Numbered from the stretch's first letter, positions 1 to 9,007 are shown. The stretch: 64,000 nucleotides of DNA from a bacterium (GCA_024231905.1 JAAEQC010000102.1:234974-298973), one strand, 5' to 3'. A program made the numbers and translations. The notes: generated by a model not told the origin, from the sequence alone.

Positions 1-917
1 CGGACTCCCCGGCGGGAGCGGACGATGACGAGGCGGCCTCGGTTCTCGATGCGGCCGGCCGGCGGCAAGCACGGCGTCCCATCCCCGAGCCGCCGCTGCT
101 GGGCGAGGTGGACCGGGTGCGCGACGTGGTCCTGGAACAGGGGGTGGACCTGGTGGTCCTGACCCTGCCCTTCGACCAGCTGTCCCTGGTGCGGAAGGTG
201 GCCGCGGACCTGGCCAACCTCAATGTCGACCTGCAGTTCGTGCCGGACCTGTTTTCCCTCCACACCAGCCGCATGCGCCTGGAGGAGATTGCCGGCCTGC
301 CTTTCATCTCCGTGCGGGAGGAGGCCCTGGGCGGGGTCGACCGCGTGGTGAAGCGCACCTTCGACCTGGTGGCCACGGGTCTGGGACTGCTGCTGCTCTC
401 GCCGGCCCTGGCGGTGCTGGCCATGTTGGTGAAACTGTCCTCGCCAGGACCCGTCTTCTATCGCCAGGAGCGCATCGGGCGGGACGGTCACGAGTTCGCC
501 ATGGTCAAGTTCCGCACCATGCGCAGCGATGCCGAGGCGACCAGCGGTCCCGTGTGGACTGCCGAGGCCGACCCGCGTGTAACGGCGGTGGGGCGCGTGC
601 TGCGCCGGTACAGCCTGGACGAATTACCGCAGCTGTGGAACGTGCTGCGGGGGGACATGAGCCTGGTTGGGCCCCGGCCGGAGCGGCGGATCTTCGTGGA
701 GAAGTTCGCCCAGGAGATGCCGCGCTATTTCGAGCGCCACCGGGTACAGTCGGGCCTGACGGGCTGGGCGCAGGTCCACGGGTTGCGGGGCAACACCAGC
801 ATTGCCGAACGCACGTTGTACGACCTGCACTACATCGAGAACTGGTCATTGCTGCTGGACGTGAGGATCCTACTCATGACCATCCACCACGTGCTACGCG
901 GGGAGAACGCCTACTGA
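1..917 (+). CDS. Polyprenyl glycosylphosphotransferase (bacterial sugar transferase, WcaJ/Bac_transf family), 5'-truncated by window edge
   Basis: Frame is open from position 3 to the stop at 915-917. The translation contains a CoA-binding-like linker ([10 protein letters not shown]...), a TM helix ([14 protein letters not shown]), and the catalytic C-terminal domain with [10 protein letters not shown]..., FAMVKFRTM and [22 protein letters not shown]. The stop overlaps the next start (TGATG). Confidence 0.8.
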   Translation, partial: DSPAGADDDEAASVLDAAGRRQARRPIPEPPLLGEVDRVRDVVLEQGVDLVVLTLPFDQLSLVRKVAADLANLNVDLQFVPDLFSLHTSRMRLEEIAGLPFISVREEALGGVDRVVKRTFDLVATGLGLLLLSPALAVLAMLVKLSSPGPVFYRQERIGRDGHEFAMVKFRTMRSDAEATSGPVWTAEADPRVTAVGRVLRRYSLDELPQLWNVLRGDMSLVGPRPERRIFVEKFAQEMPRYFERHRVQSGLTGWAQVHGLRGNTSIAERTLYDLHYIENWSLLLDVRILLMTIHHVLRGENAY

Positions 918-1813
918 TGCCGACGCTGCGCGCATTCCTGGAGAACTTGCGTCCGCGCCAGTGGACCAAGAACCTGCTGCTCTTCGCGGGGGTCATCTTC
1001 GGCCAGCGGCTGGGGGAGGCCGGCTGCGTGGCGCGGGCGGCTGTGGGCGCGTTGGTCTTCTGCCTGGCCTCGGGCGCCATCTACGTCTTCAACGACATCG
1101 CCGACCGCGATCTGGACGCCCGGCATCCCTACAAGAAGCTGCGGCCGATCCCGTCGGGCCGTCTGCCCGTGGCCACGGCCGTACGGGCGGGGACGGCGCT
1201 GGTGGCGGTGGTGCTGGCGGCGGCCTTCTTGCTGGGCCCGCGCTTCGGCATGGTGGTGGCGGTCTTCTTCGCCTGGAACTGGCTGTACACTCAAGTGCTC
1301 AAGGGCATACCGATCCTGGACGTGACCGGCATCGGCATGAGCTTCGTGATCCGGGCCGTGGCCGGCGTCCTGGTGCTCGAGCCCACCTGTCCGGACGTGA
1401 CCATCTCGCCCTGGCTGTTGCTCTGCACCCTCTTCCTCAGTTTCTTTCTGGGGTTCGCCAAGCGCCGGGACGAGTTCCTGAAGATCCTGCCCGAAGGCGG
1501 CGATACGCGACCGGTCCTGCGCGGCTACACCGAGGCTATGCTGAACGCCCTGATCGGTATCAGTTTCGGTCTGACCTCCATGGCCTACGCCCTGTACACG
1601 GTCTGGCCCGACACGGTGGCCCACTTCGGCACCCGGGACCTGGTCTACACCCTACCCTTCGTGCTGGCGGGCATGGGCCGCTACCTGTACCTGGTCTACC
1701 ACGAGGGCCGGGGCGGGCGCCCCCACGAGATTCTCCTCAACGACTCGGTCCTGCAGGTGATCGTCCTCGGTTGGATCATCGCCGCGGTCCGCATCATCGG
1801 AGCCACGCCGTGA
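917..1813 (+). CDS. UbiA-family prenyltransferase, decaprenyl-phosphate phosphoribosyltransferase-like (Rv3806c-like)
   Basis: ATG at 917 overlaps the upstream stop. The protein is polytopic, with the UbiA Asp-rich motif NDIADRDLD (NDxxDxxxD) and a second motif KRRDEF. The long ORF 554..1813 begins in the upstream gene, so 917 is taken as the start. Confidence 0.75.
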   Translation: MPTLRAFLENLRPRQWTKNLLLFAGVIFGQRLGEAGCVARAAVGALVFCLASGAIYVFNDIADRDLDARHPYKKLRPIPSGRLPVATAVRAGTALVAVVLAAAFLLGPRFGMVVAVFFAWNWLYTQVLKGIPILDVTGIGMSFVIRAVAGVLVLEPTCPDVTISPWLLLCTLFLSFFLGFAKRRDEFLKILPEGGDTRPVLRGYTEAMLNALIGISFGLTSMAYALYTVWPDTVAHFGTRDLVYTLPFVLAGMGRYLYLVYHEGRGGRPHEILLNDSVLQVIVLGWIIAAVRIIGATP

Positions 1814-2811
1814 ATTCCCTGCGCAGCACAGTCGCCGTCGTCGAAGCCCGTCCCGAAACCGTCGCCGAGGATTATCGGCGCCTGCTGAAGTTGGCGGGCC
1901 TTGCCGCTGCTTCTCCGGACCGGAGGCTGGTGGCCGACGGGGCGCGCCCGGCGGGTTCCCGGGGCATCCCGGTCTCTCCGTCCCGGCAACTGTCGGCTGT
2001 CCTGGCCGGGGGCCAAGGTTGCGGCCCGGTCTTCGCCCTGGACGGATCCGGCCGCCCGGCGGGAACACCCGCCCCCTGGCGCGATGCCCTGGCGGCGGCG
2101 GGGACGGCCCTGGCCGACCCGGCGGCCTGGCAGTTGCGCCGCGCGGACGCGGGCGGATTGCGGGCCCTGACCGAAGCCCTGAAGGACGGACCACAATTGC
2201 CGCGGGACCTGGCCGGCGGACCGGTGCTGGTGACGGCCGGGCTCGGCGTCGGGGGCGGCTGGCCCGTCCTGGCGGGTGTGGAATTGCTGGCCCGCCTGGT
2301 GGCGCCGCCCCGGCTGCGCCGTCGCCGCTGCCGGGCCACCGGGGCGGAGGTAGTGGCGGAGTCCCTGGCTTTGGTGGCCCGTGAATGCCACATTGAGGGC
2401 ACGGTCATCGACGGTGTCCATTGGCACGTGCGCGCTGGCCGCTGGAAGCGCCGGACCCTGTTGGGCAACATCCTGCTGGCCGGCCGTGACCCGGTGGCCG
2501 TGGATGCAGTGGCCTGCCGGCTCGCCGGCGTGGACCCGCAACGGGTGCCCTGGCTCCGGTTCTGCGCCGAGCGCGGCCTGGGCCGGATCGATCCCGGACG
2601 CGTGGACGTGGTGGGTCGCTCGGACCTGCTCGAACCGGGCCTGGAACTGCCGCCGCGGCTGCTGGTGCCGGCGGGGGAGGGCCCCTGGCCAGGCGCCGGC
2701 GAGGGCGGCGGGTGGTGGCAACGGTTGCGGGTCCGGAGCGCCGCGCCGCGGGCTTCCGCCTGGGACGGCCTGGAGGTCGCTTCCGCTGCGGGCCGCAAGG
2801 AGGAACCATGA
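1810..2811 (+). CDS. DUF362 domain-containing protein
   Basis: GTG at 1810 overlaps the UbiA stop (GTGA). The N-terminus VNSLRSTVAVVEARPETVAEDYRRLLKLAGL is typical of DUF362. The stop at 2809-2811 overlaps the ispE ATG (ATGA). The upstream part of ORF 961..2811 is rejected as an alternate-frame overlap of UbiA. Confidence 0.55.
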   Translation: MNSLRSTVAVVEARPETVAEDYRRLLKLAGLAAASPDRRLVADGARPAGSRGIPVSPSRQLSAVLAGGQGCGPVFALDGSGRPAGTPAPWRDALAAAGTALADPAAWQLRRADAGGLRALTEALKDGPQLPRDLAGGPVLVTAGLGVGGGWPVLAGVELLARLVAPPRLRRRRCRATGAEVVAESLALVARECHIEGTVIDGVHWHVRAGRWKRRTLLGNILLAGRDPVAVDAVACRLAGVDPQRVPWLRFCAERGLGRIDPGRVDVVGRSDLLEPGLELPPRLLVPAGEGPWPGAGEGGGWWQRLRVRSAAPRASAWDGLEVASAAGRKEEP

Positions 2812-3746
2812 GCGACAAGAACTTCGTCAAGGGCCGTCGCCCCGCCGGGCGCCGGGTGACCCTGCGGGCCCCGGCCAAGGTGAACCTCCACCTGGAGGTG
2901 CTGCGGCAGCGCCACGACGGCTACCATGATATCGAGACCATCCTTCAGGCGGTGGGTCTTTTCGACCGGGTCACGGTCGAACTGGCCGAGGAGTACCAGG
3001 GCGGGGAGCCGGATCTGGCCCTCACGGTCTCCGGCGCCCGCGGTTCCGTGCCCACCGACGAGACCAACCTGGCCTGGCAAGCGGCCCGGCTTTTCTGCCG
3101 CGAGACGGGAGTTTCGGGCGCCCTGACCATCCACCTGGAGAAGGCGATTCCCGCCGCGGCGGGCCTGGGCGGAGGCAGCAGCGACGCGGCGGCGGTCCTG
3201 GTGGCGTGCGATCGCCTCTTCGGGACGGGACTCGAGGCGGACCGTCTGGAGCGCCTGGGGGCGGAGATCGGCTCGGACGTGCCATTCTTCGTCAAGGGCG
3301 GGACCGCCCTGGGTCGTGGACGCGGCACCATGCTGACCCAGCTGCCGTCGGTACGAACGGGACAATTCCTTATCGTTAAACCCGACTTGCAGTTGCAGAC
3401 TTCGGACGTATACGGCGCCCTGAAAATGGGATTGACAGTGAACAGCGCCACGGCTAACATCCAGGTGATCAGGCCGATGCTGTCCAGGTTCCCGCAGAAG
3501 ACGTGGCCCGGATTCAATCGGTTGGAGGATGTCGTGCTCCCGGCGCAGCCTGCCTTGCAGCGCCTGGTACTGGGATTACGCCAATTGGCACCGGTTGCCA
3601 TGCTGTCGGGGAGCGGAGCGGCGGTATTCGGCGTGTTTCCAGAGGGACGCGACCTCGCCGATCAAGCGGGGGAATTTGAGCAGACGGGGCTGTTCGTCCG
3701 AACAGTCGCGCCGCATCCGGGGGGAGTCGAGGTCCTGCAGGACTGA
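2808..3746 (+). CDS. ispE: 4-(cytidine 5'-diphospho)-2-C-methyl-D-erythritol kinase
   Basis: GHMP-kinase motifs: KVNLHLEV near the N-terminus and PAAAGLGGGSSDAAA as the ATP-binding loop. ATG at 2808 overlaps the upstream stop. Confidence 0.85.
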   Translation: MSDKNFVKGRRPAGRRVTLRAPAKVNLHLEVLRQRHDGYHDIETILQAVGLFDRVTVELAEEYQGGEPDLALTVSGARGSVPTDETNLAWQAARLFCRETGVSGALTIHLEKAIPAAAGLGGGSSDAAAVLVACDRLFGTGLEADRLERLGAEIGSDVPFFVKGGTALGRGRGTMLTQLPSVRTGQFLIVKPDLQLQTSDVYGALKMGLTVNSATANIQVIRPMLSRFPQKTWPGFNRLEDVVLPAQPALQRLVLGLRQLAPVAMLSGSGAAVFGVFPEGRDLADQAGEFEQTGLFVRTVAPHPGGVEVLQD

Positions 3747-3797
3747 GGCGGGCCCCATCGCGGCAGCCGTGTCCGGCTCGCAGCGAGAGGGAGAACC

Positions 3798-4133
3798 TTG
3801 GAACTCACCGAGATCAGGATCACGTTGCGTGACGACAACAAGCTGAAGGGGTTCGCCAGTATCACGCTCGAGAATGCGTTCGTGATCAGGGGACTCAAGA
3901 TCATCGAGGGCGCCTCCGGACTGTTCATCGCCATGCCGAGCCGCAAGCGACGGGACGGGACGTTCCAGGACATCGCCCACCCGATCAACATGGAGACCCG
4001 GGAGTGGATGGAAAGCCAAGTCATCACCGCCTACCGGCGGGAACTCCAGCGGGTCGAGAACGGGGAGATACCCGCCCCGTCCAACTCTCTTCCCGGAGAC
4101 AACGAGGGCTCCGTGATGGAGGAGAGCTACTAG
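3798..4133 (+). CDS. spoVG: Septation protein SpoVG
   Basis: MELTEIRITL...KGFASITLENAFVIRGLKIIEG...FIAMPSRKRRDGTFQDIAHPIN is a canonical SpoVG. TTG start, with a GGGAGAA RBS 7 nt upstream. Confidence 0.9.
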   Translation: MELTEIRITLRDDNKLKGFASITLENAFVIRGLKIIEGASGLFIAMPSRKRRDGTFQDIAHPINMETREWMESQVITAYRRELQRVENGEIPAPSNSLPGDNEGSVMEESY

Positions 4134-4141
4134 AAGTTGTT

Positions 4142-4218
4142 TGGGGCGTAGTCAAGTGGTCTAAGACACAAGGTTTTGGTCCTTGCATCCGCAGGTTCGA
4201 ATCCTGCCGCCCCAGCCA
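4142..4218 (+). tRNA. tRNA-Gln (anticodon TTG)
   Basis: Manual cloverleaf: acceptor tggggcg/cgcccca, 3-bp D stem gtc/gac, anticodon stem caagg/ccttg with loop ttTTGgt, T arm gcagg-ttcgaat-cctgc, discriminator G, encoded CCA. It lies between spoVG and prs, as in many genomes. Confidence 0.85.
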
Positions 4219-4340
4219 CGTTGCCATGAACCCCCAGCCCGGACCAGCCCGCCCCATGACCACCTTCGCCAGCGCAGTCGCTTTCCGTTCGCATGGCCGT
4301 ACGTCTCCTTGTACCACCGTCTCCGCGGAGGATTGACCCG

Positions 4341-5279
4341 ATGTACAATGCACTCGTGGTGATCGCCGGCACTGCCCACCCGACCATGGCCGAGGCCATC
4401 GCCCGGAACCTGGACATGGAACTGCTGGACGTGGAGGCGAGCCGTTTCTCCGACGGCGAGATCCAGATCAAGATCAAGGAGAACATCCGCGGCACAGACG
4501 TCTTCATCGTGCAGCCGACCATGCCGCCGGCGGAGCACATGATGGAGCTGCTGTTGCTGCTGGATGCGGTGCGGCGGGCGTCCTGTCGGCGGGTCACGGC
4601 GGTCATCCCGTACTTCGGTTACGCGCGGCAGGACCGCAAGGACCAGCCCCGGGTTCCCATCGGTGCGCGACTCATGGCCAATCTCATCACCAAGGCCGGC
4701 GCCGACCGCGTGCTGACCATCGACCTGCACGCGGCCCAGATCCAGGGCTTCTTCGACATCCCCCTGGACCACCTCTACTCGGCGCCCGTGCTGCTGAAGC
4801 ACTTCGAGGACCGTCCGCGGGAGAACCTGGCCGTGGTCGCCCCGGACGTGGGTTCCATCAAGATGACGCGCGCCTTCGCCAAGCGCCTGGACGCCAGCCT
4901 GGCCATCATCGACAAGAGGCGGCCCCGTCCCAACGAGGCGGTGGTCATGAACTTCATCGGCGACGTGGCCGGCAAGGACGTCATCATCTTCGACGACATG
5001 ATCGACACCGCCGGCACCTTGACCGATGCGGCCCGCGTCTGCGTCGAGGAACAGGGCGCCAACTCGGTGACCGCCTGCTGCACTCACCCGATTCTCTCGG
5101 GGCGGGCCCTGGAGAGGCTCAACGCCTCGCCCATCCAGGAAGTCGCCGTCAGTAACACGATTCCCTTCGATCGCTTCGACGAATGTCCGAAAATCACAGT
5201 CCTGGACATGGCGCCGCTGCTGGCCGAGGCCATCGAGCGGATCCACCTGGAGAAGACAGTCAGCGAGCTCTTCCGGTAG
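4341..5279 (+). CDS. prs: Ribose-phosphate pyrophosphokinase (PRPP synthetase)
   Basis: MYNALVVIAG...FSDGEIQIKI... is a canonical Prs, with the PRPP-binding loop DDMIDTAGT. GGAGGA RBS 10 nt upstream of ATG 4341. Confidence 0.9.
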   Translation: MYNALVVIAGTAHPTMAEAIARNLDMELLDVEASRFSDGEIQIKIKENIRGTDVFIVQPTMPPAEHMMELLLLLDAVRRASCRRVTAVIPYFGYARQDRKDQPRVPIGARLMANLITKAGADRVLTIDLHAAQIQGFFDIPLDHLYSAPVLLKHFEDRPRENLAVVAPDVGSIKMTRAFAKRLDASLAIIDKRRPRPNEAVVMNFIGDVAGKDVIIFDDMIDTAGTLTDAARVCVEEQGANSVTACCTHPILSGRALERLNASPIQEVAVSNTIPFDRFDECPKITVLDMAPLLAEAIERIHLEKTVSELFR

Positions 5280-5300
5280 CCGTCGCCCGCCCGCCCGCCT

Positions 5301-5329
5301 TGACACGGCGGTGGCCCGGTGCTTATTTG
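5301..5329 (+). promoter_or_regulatory. Putative sigma70-type promoter upstream of rplY (TTGACA-N17-TTATTT)
   Basis: TTGACA at 5301-5306, a 17-nt spacer, and an AT-rich -10-like hexamer at 5324-5329 inside otherwise GC-rich DNA. This is a sequence match only. Confidence 0.3.
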
Positions 5330-5495
5330 AGCCCTCAATTTGCGGAGTCCGCAGGTTCCCGCCCGGAGTAGCTCTCCCGTGTGGCGGCGGTGCCTCGCGC
5401 TCCATCAGGCCGTTGTGCCAGAAGGTTCCTTGCCACGGCGACGTGGCGAGCCCTTGCCCGGGCCGCTGGGCCCCTCGAAAGTGCGGAGGACAGTC

Positions 5496-6251
5496 ATGGG
5501 TCTCGTGAATCTGAACATCCATCCCCGGTCGACCACCGGCAAGAACGCCAATCGCCGCACCCGCGCCGCGGGTCGCGTGCCGGCCATCGTCTACGGCAAG
5601 GACCGTGAGACGGCCATGGTCGAGCTAGACACCCAGTCCTTCACGGTGGCGCTCAGCCACCTGGGTGGCCGCGCAGCCATCTTCAATCTCGAGCAGGAAG
5701 GCGTCGATGAAGAGCACATCGCCCTGATGCGCGAGGTCCAGCGGAACCCGGTGACCGACGAGATCCTCCACGTGGATCTGATGGAGATTCCCCGCGGCGT
5801 CGACGTTACCGTGGCCGTCTCGGTCGAGGTCGTCGGTGAGCCGCCGGCCGCCGTGAAGAACGGCGAGGGCTCGGTGGCCCTGTCCCTGGACGCCATCGAG
5901 ATCAGCTGCCGCCCCAGCCAGCTGCCCGAGTGCATCGAGGTCGACATCAGCGAACTCGAGCTCAACGACAAGATCTTCGTGCGTGACGTGACCACCCCCG
6001 TGGGTGAGATCATCACCGACGAGGACATGCTCGTGCTGAACATCAAGCCGGCAATCATCTACGTCGAGGAAGAGGAAGAGGAAGAGGGCATCGAGGGCGA
6101 AGAGGGTGCCGAGGGCGAGGAAGGTGCCGAGGGTACCGAGGGCGAAGACGGCGACGCCGCCAAGGGCGAGGACAAGGACAAGGACAAGAGCAAGGACAAG
6201 AGCAAGGACAAGAGCAAGGACAAGAGCAAGGACAAGAAGTCCGGCGACTGA
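5496..6251 (+). CDS. rplY: 50S ribosomal protein L25 / general stress protein Ctc, with a long acidic then KDKS-repeat C-terminal tail
   Basis: MGLVNLNIHPRSTTGKNANRRTRAAGRVPAIVYG... is an L25/Ctc fold. GGAGGA RBS 9 nt upstream of ATG 5496. About 60 C-terminal residues are low-complexity (EEEEEEEGIEGEEGAEG..., then KDKSKDKSKDKSKDK). Confidence 0.85.
   Translation: MGLVNLNIHPRSTTGKNANRRTRAAGRVPAIVYGKDRETAMVELDTQSFTVALSHLGGRAAIFNLEQEGVDEEHIALMREVQRNPVTDEILHVDLMEIPRGVDVTVAVSVEVVGEPPAAVKNGEGSVALSLDAIEISCRPSQLPECIEVDISELELNDKIFVRDVTTPVGEIITDEDMLVLNIKPAIIYVEEEEEEEGIEGEEGAEGEEGAEGTEGEDGDAAKGEDKDKDKSKDKSKDKSKDKSKDKKSGD
6171..6239 (+). repeat. In-frame tandem repeat: 12-nt unit AGCAAGGACAAG x4 flanked by GACAAG hexamers, encoding (KDKS)n
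   Basis: Direct perfect tandem copies are visible in the sequence, inside the rplY 3' end. Confidence 0.8.
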
Positions 6252-6336
6252 TCCTCGCACCCATGGCATGCCATCCGGACAGCCGGCCGCGCTCCGTGGC
6301 CGGCTGTCTGCGTAGGTGACGGAGAAGGCGAACGTG

Positions 6337-6993
6337 ATGACGCAGCTGAGGCTCGTGGTTGGACTGGGCAACCCGGGGGCGGAGTACGCCGCCCACCGCC
6401 ACAACGTGGGCTTCGGCGTGGTTGGCGAGGTCGCTCGCCGCCTGGGAGTGGACTTCACGGTCGGCGGCAGCGGGACCTGGGCCGTGGCGGCGGCCGAACC
6501 GCTGGTCCTGGTCAAACCCCTGACGTACATGAACCGCAGCGGCGAGGCGCTGACGGCCTGGGCCCGGGCGGCCGGGGTTCGGCTGGACGCTCGCCCGGAA
6601 ACACCTCCGGCAGATCCCCTGGACGAAGTCCCGCCGCCGGAGCCCGGTTTGCGTCCCCTGGTAGTGTGCGACGACCTGGCTCTGCCTCTGGGTTCGCTCC
6701 GCTTGCGGCCCCGCGGCAGCAGCGGCGGCCAGAACGGTCTGGGCGACATAATCGACGAACTGGGGGGCGAGGAATTCCCGCGCCTGAGACTGGGCATTGC
6801 TCCTCTTGCAGGTGACTTGGACCCGGCCGTATGGCCGGATTTCGTCCTGGAATCCTTCGCCCCGGAGGAACGGGAGGAAGCCGCGGACCTGGTAGTCCGG
6901 GCGGCCGACGCGGTGGAGAACTGGGCGGTCCAGGGCCTCTCCGACACGGTGAATCGCTACAACCGCCGGGTCCGCCGCCCGGCGGAAGACTGA
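6337..6993 (+). CDS. pth: Peptidyl-tRNA hydrolase
   Basis: MTQLRLVVGLGNPGAEYAAHRHNVGF and ...YMNRSGEA... are canonical Pth. GGAGAAGG RBS upstream of ATG 6337 (an alternative GTG lies at 6316). A Pro-rich insertion PETPPADPLDEVPPPEPGLRP is present relative to typical Pth. Confidence 0.85.
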   Translation: MTQLRLVVGLGNPGAEYAAHRHNVGFGVVGEVARRLGVDFTVGGSGTWAVAAAEPLVLVKPLTYMNRSGEALTAWARAAGVRLDARPETPPADPLDEVPPPEPGLRPLVVCDDLALPLGSLRLRPRGSSGGQNGLGDIIDELGGEEFPRLRLGIAPLAGDLDPAVWPDFVLESFAPEEREEAADLVVRAADAVENWAVQGLSDTVNRYNRRVRRPAED

Positions 6994-7002
6994 CGAATCG
7001 CC

Positions 7003-7031
7003 TTGCGCGGCCCCGTCCTGGGCGGTATATT
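7003..7031 (+). promoter_or_regulatory. Putative sigma70-type promoter of the rpsF-rpsR operon (TTGCGC-N17-TATATT)
   Basis: TTGCGC at 7003-7008, a 17-nt spacer, and TATATT at 7026-7031, about 200 nt upstream of rpsF. Confidence 0.35.
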
Positions 7032-7229
7032 GCCCCGTCGCAAGAGGAACGGCCGGCACCGGGCCCCGCGCCCTGTCCGACCGTCTAAAAAAAACGCCAT
7101 AAACCAGCGCAAGCTGGCGGCATACCATCCCTACCCGGGCTGACGCCGCGCACGGTTCCCCGCTCAGCGGAGCGAATCGTGACGACGAATAGGGACCCGG
7201 GTCGTTCTGTCCGGAGGGAGGTGTTACCA

Positions 7230-7586
7230 GTGAAGAAGTACGAACTTACCTTCATCCTCAAGGCCGACCGGTCCGAGGACGACATGGCGGCGCGCGTGGA
7301 GCGCGTCAAGGAGATCCTCGCCGCCCACGAGGGCGAGATCACCCTGGAGAACCACTGGGGCGTGCGTCGTCTCGCCTACGAGATCGATCACGAGTCCAAG
7401 GGCAACTACATGTTCCTGAAGTTCCGGAGCAAGGGTGCGGCCTGCAACGAACTCGACCGGTTCCTGCGTCTCGACGACCAGGTCCTGCGCCACCTCGTGG
7501 TGGTCGACGAGGAGTGGGACGAGCGCAATCGCGCGGCCATGGCCAAGCGCCGGGAGAAACAGTCCGAGAGCGCGGCACGCGACTAG
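7230..7586 (+). CDS. rpsF: 30S ribosomal protein S6
   Basis: KKYELTFILKAD...ENHWGVRRLAYEI is a canonical S6. GTG at 7230 is preceded by GGAGGGAGG; the ORF is also open from ATG 7179, so the start is uncertain. The C-terminus is acidic. Confidence 0.8.
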   Translation: MKKYELTFILKADRSEDDMAARVERVKEILAAHEGEITLENHWGVRRLAYEIDHESKGNYMFLKFRSKGAACNELDRFLRLDDQVLRHLVVVDEEWDERNRAAMAKRREKQSESAARD

Positions 7587-7655
7587 CATCGCAGGAACAT
7601 CGCCGGTGATGCGGCCGCTACGAGCGGCCCCCGGTGGACTCGAAAGGAAGACGAC

Positions 7656-7922
7656 ATGGCCCGCAAGAACATGCGGATCAAGAAGAAGAAGAAGAAGAGG
7701 CGGCACGGTAAACAGAAGGTCTGTTACTTCTCCAAGACCGGCATGATCACCGTGGATTACAAGGACGACGAGTTCCTGCGCCGTTTCGTGACCGAGCGAG
7801 GCAAGATCGCTCCGCGTCGCAACACGGGCACGAGCCCCAAGTACCAACGGCCGCTGGCGGTGGCGATCAAACGAGCACGCCACCTGGCCCTGCTGCCGTT
7901 CGTGAAGGAATACTACCGGTAG
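7656..7922 (+). CDS. rpsR: 30S ribosomal protein S18 (with an N-terminal poly-Lys tract)
   Basis: CYFSK...DYKD...[15 protein letters not shown]...K.QR.LA.AIKRAR is canonical S18. An (AAG)6 run encodes KKKKKK near the N-terminus. Confidence 0.9.
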   Translation: MARKNMRIKKKKKKRRHGKQKVCYFSKTGMITVDYKDDEFLRRFVTERGKIAPRRNTGTSPKYQRPLAVAIKRARHLALLPFVKEYYR

Positions 7923-7928
7923 GATGCC

Positions 7929-8936
7929 GTGACCAGGCCCTGGCCCGGATACCTGCCGCCCCTGGTGGCGGCTACGGCGACGCTGGCGATCTGCCTGCTC
8001 TTCGACGTGGTTTCCCGGGCGGCGACCGACTCGGGTGCGGTCGGTCTGGCGGCGGTCGTGCTATTGCCGCTGCCCTTGCTGGTGTCGGTTCTGTGGTGCG
8101 CCGTGGTAGTCGCGGCCCGTCCCCACTGGCTGGTTTTTCCGGCCCTGGGCGGCTGGCTGGCGGCTGGTTTGGTTCTGTCGTCCGGCGAGACGGTGTGGCC
8201 CCTGGCCTCCCACGCGGCGGCCGGCATGGTCGCGGGTTTTGCCCTGGGGGTGCGCTGGCGGCTGGACGCGGCCCTGGGCGGCATCGTCGTCATGCTCCTG
8301 CCGCTGATCCTGTGGAGCGTGCAGGAACTGCCGGTGGGTGAACAGTTGGACATGCTGGAGGCGGAATTGCTGCCCCAGCTGGAAAGCGCCCTGCCGGAAG
8401 CGGCGAATCCGGAACAGCGGCGGCGCGCTCTCGCCACGGAGCGGGAACGGCTGGGCAGCCTGCTCGACCTGGCGGGCCGGATCTACCCGTTCGTCCTGGC
8501 GGCGGGATTGCTCGGCCAGGCCTTGCTGGTGCTGGTGCTGGGCTGGGTGTCGGTGAGGATCTTCGGCTGGCGGTTGCCCCCGTGGCGGCCCCCGCCCTTC
8601 GCCCGCTGGCGTCTGCCTTTCTACCTTGTGTGGCTGTTGGCCGCGGGGGTAGGGCTGATGATCACGCGGCAGCCCACGGCCGCCGCGGTGGGACTGAACC
8701 TGGCACTGCTGGCGGCGACGGTACTGAGCATCCAGGGCATCGCCGTGCAGTTCCACATGACGGCGCGGTTCCTGTCGCCTCTGGGACGCGTGGTTTTCTG
8801 GACACTGGCCGGAGTGTTCGTGGCACCGATGATCATGGCCGGCGGAGTCCTGCTGGGACTGGCCGACCAGTGGTTGGATCTGCGGAACCTGGATCGCCCT
8901 CCGGGTGGCCCGGACAGCGCCGGGGAAAGCAAATAG
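7929..8936 (+). CDS. DUF2232/YybS-like polytopic membrane protein
   Basis: Multi-pass hydrophobic protein located between rpsR and rplI, where yybS sits in Firmicutes-type arrangements. GTG start, 6 nt after the rpsR stop. Confidence 0.5.
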   Translation: MTRPWPGYLPPLVAATATLAICLLFDVVSRAATDSGAVGLAAVVLLPLPLLVSVLWCAVVVAARPHWLVFPALGGWLAAGLVLSSGETVWPLASHAAAGMVAGFALGVRWRLDAALGGIVVMLLPLILWSVQELPVGEQLDMLEAELLPQLESALPEAANPEQRRRALATERERLGSLLDLAGRIYPFVLAAGLLGQALLVLVLGWVSVRIFGWRLPPWRPPPFARWRLPFYLVWLLAAGVGLMITRQPTAAAVGLNLALLAATVLSIQGIAVQFHMTARFLSPLGRVVFWTLAGVFVAPMIMAGGVLLGLADQWLDLRNLDRPPGGPDSAGESK

Positions 8937-9007
8937 TGAGCTGAGAGGGAGCGACGGGCTGCTCCCACCGCCCGCGGGCGGGAACCATAAAAAGGTGGTT
9001 GATCGAG

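Noticed and set aside
961-1809. N-terminal 283 codons of ORF 961..2811 (616 aa)
   Set aside because: This part overlaps the UbiA prenyltransferase in another frame and has a Gly/Arg/Pro-rich composition typical of out-of-frame GC-rich translation. The DUF362 gene is started at GTG 1810, which is coupled to the UbiA stop.
6157-6240. The KDKS-encoding tandem repeat as a CRISPR or mobile-element repeat
   Set aside because: The repeats are contiguous with no spacers, in frame inside rplY, and encode a low-complexity tail. It is not a CRISPR array.
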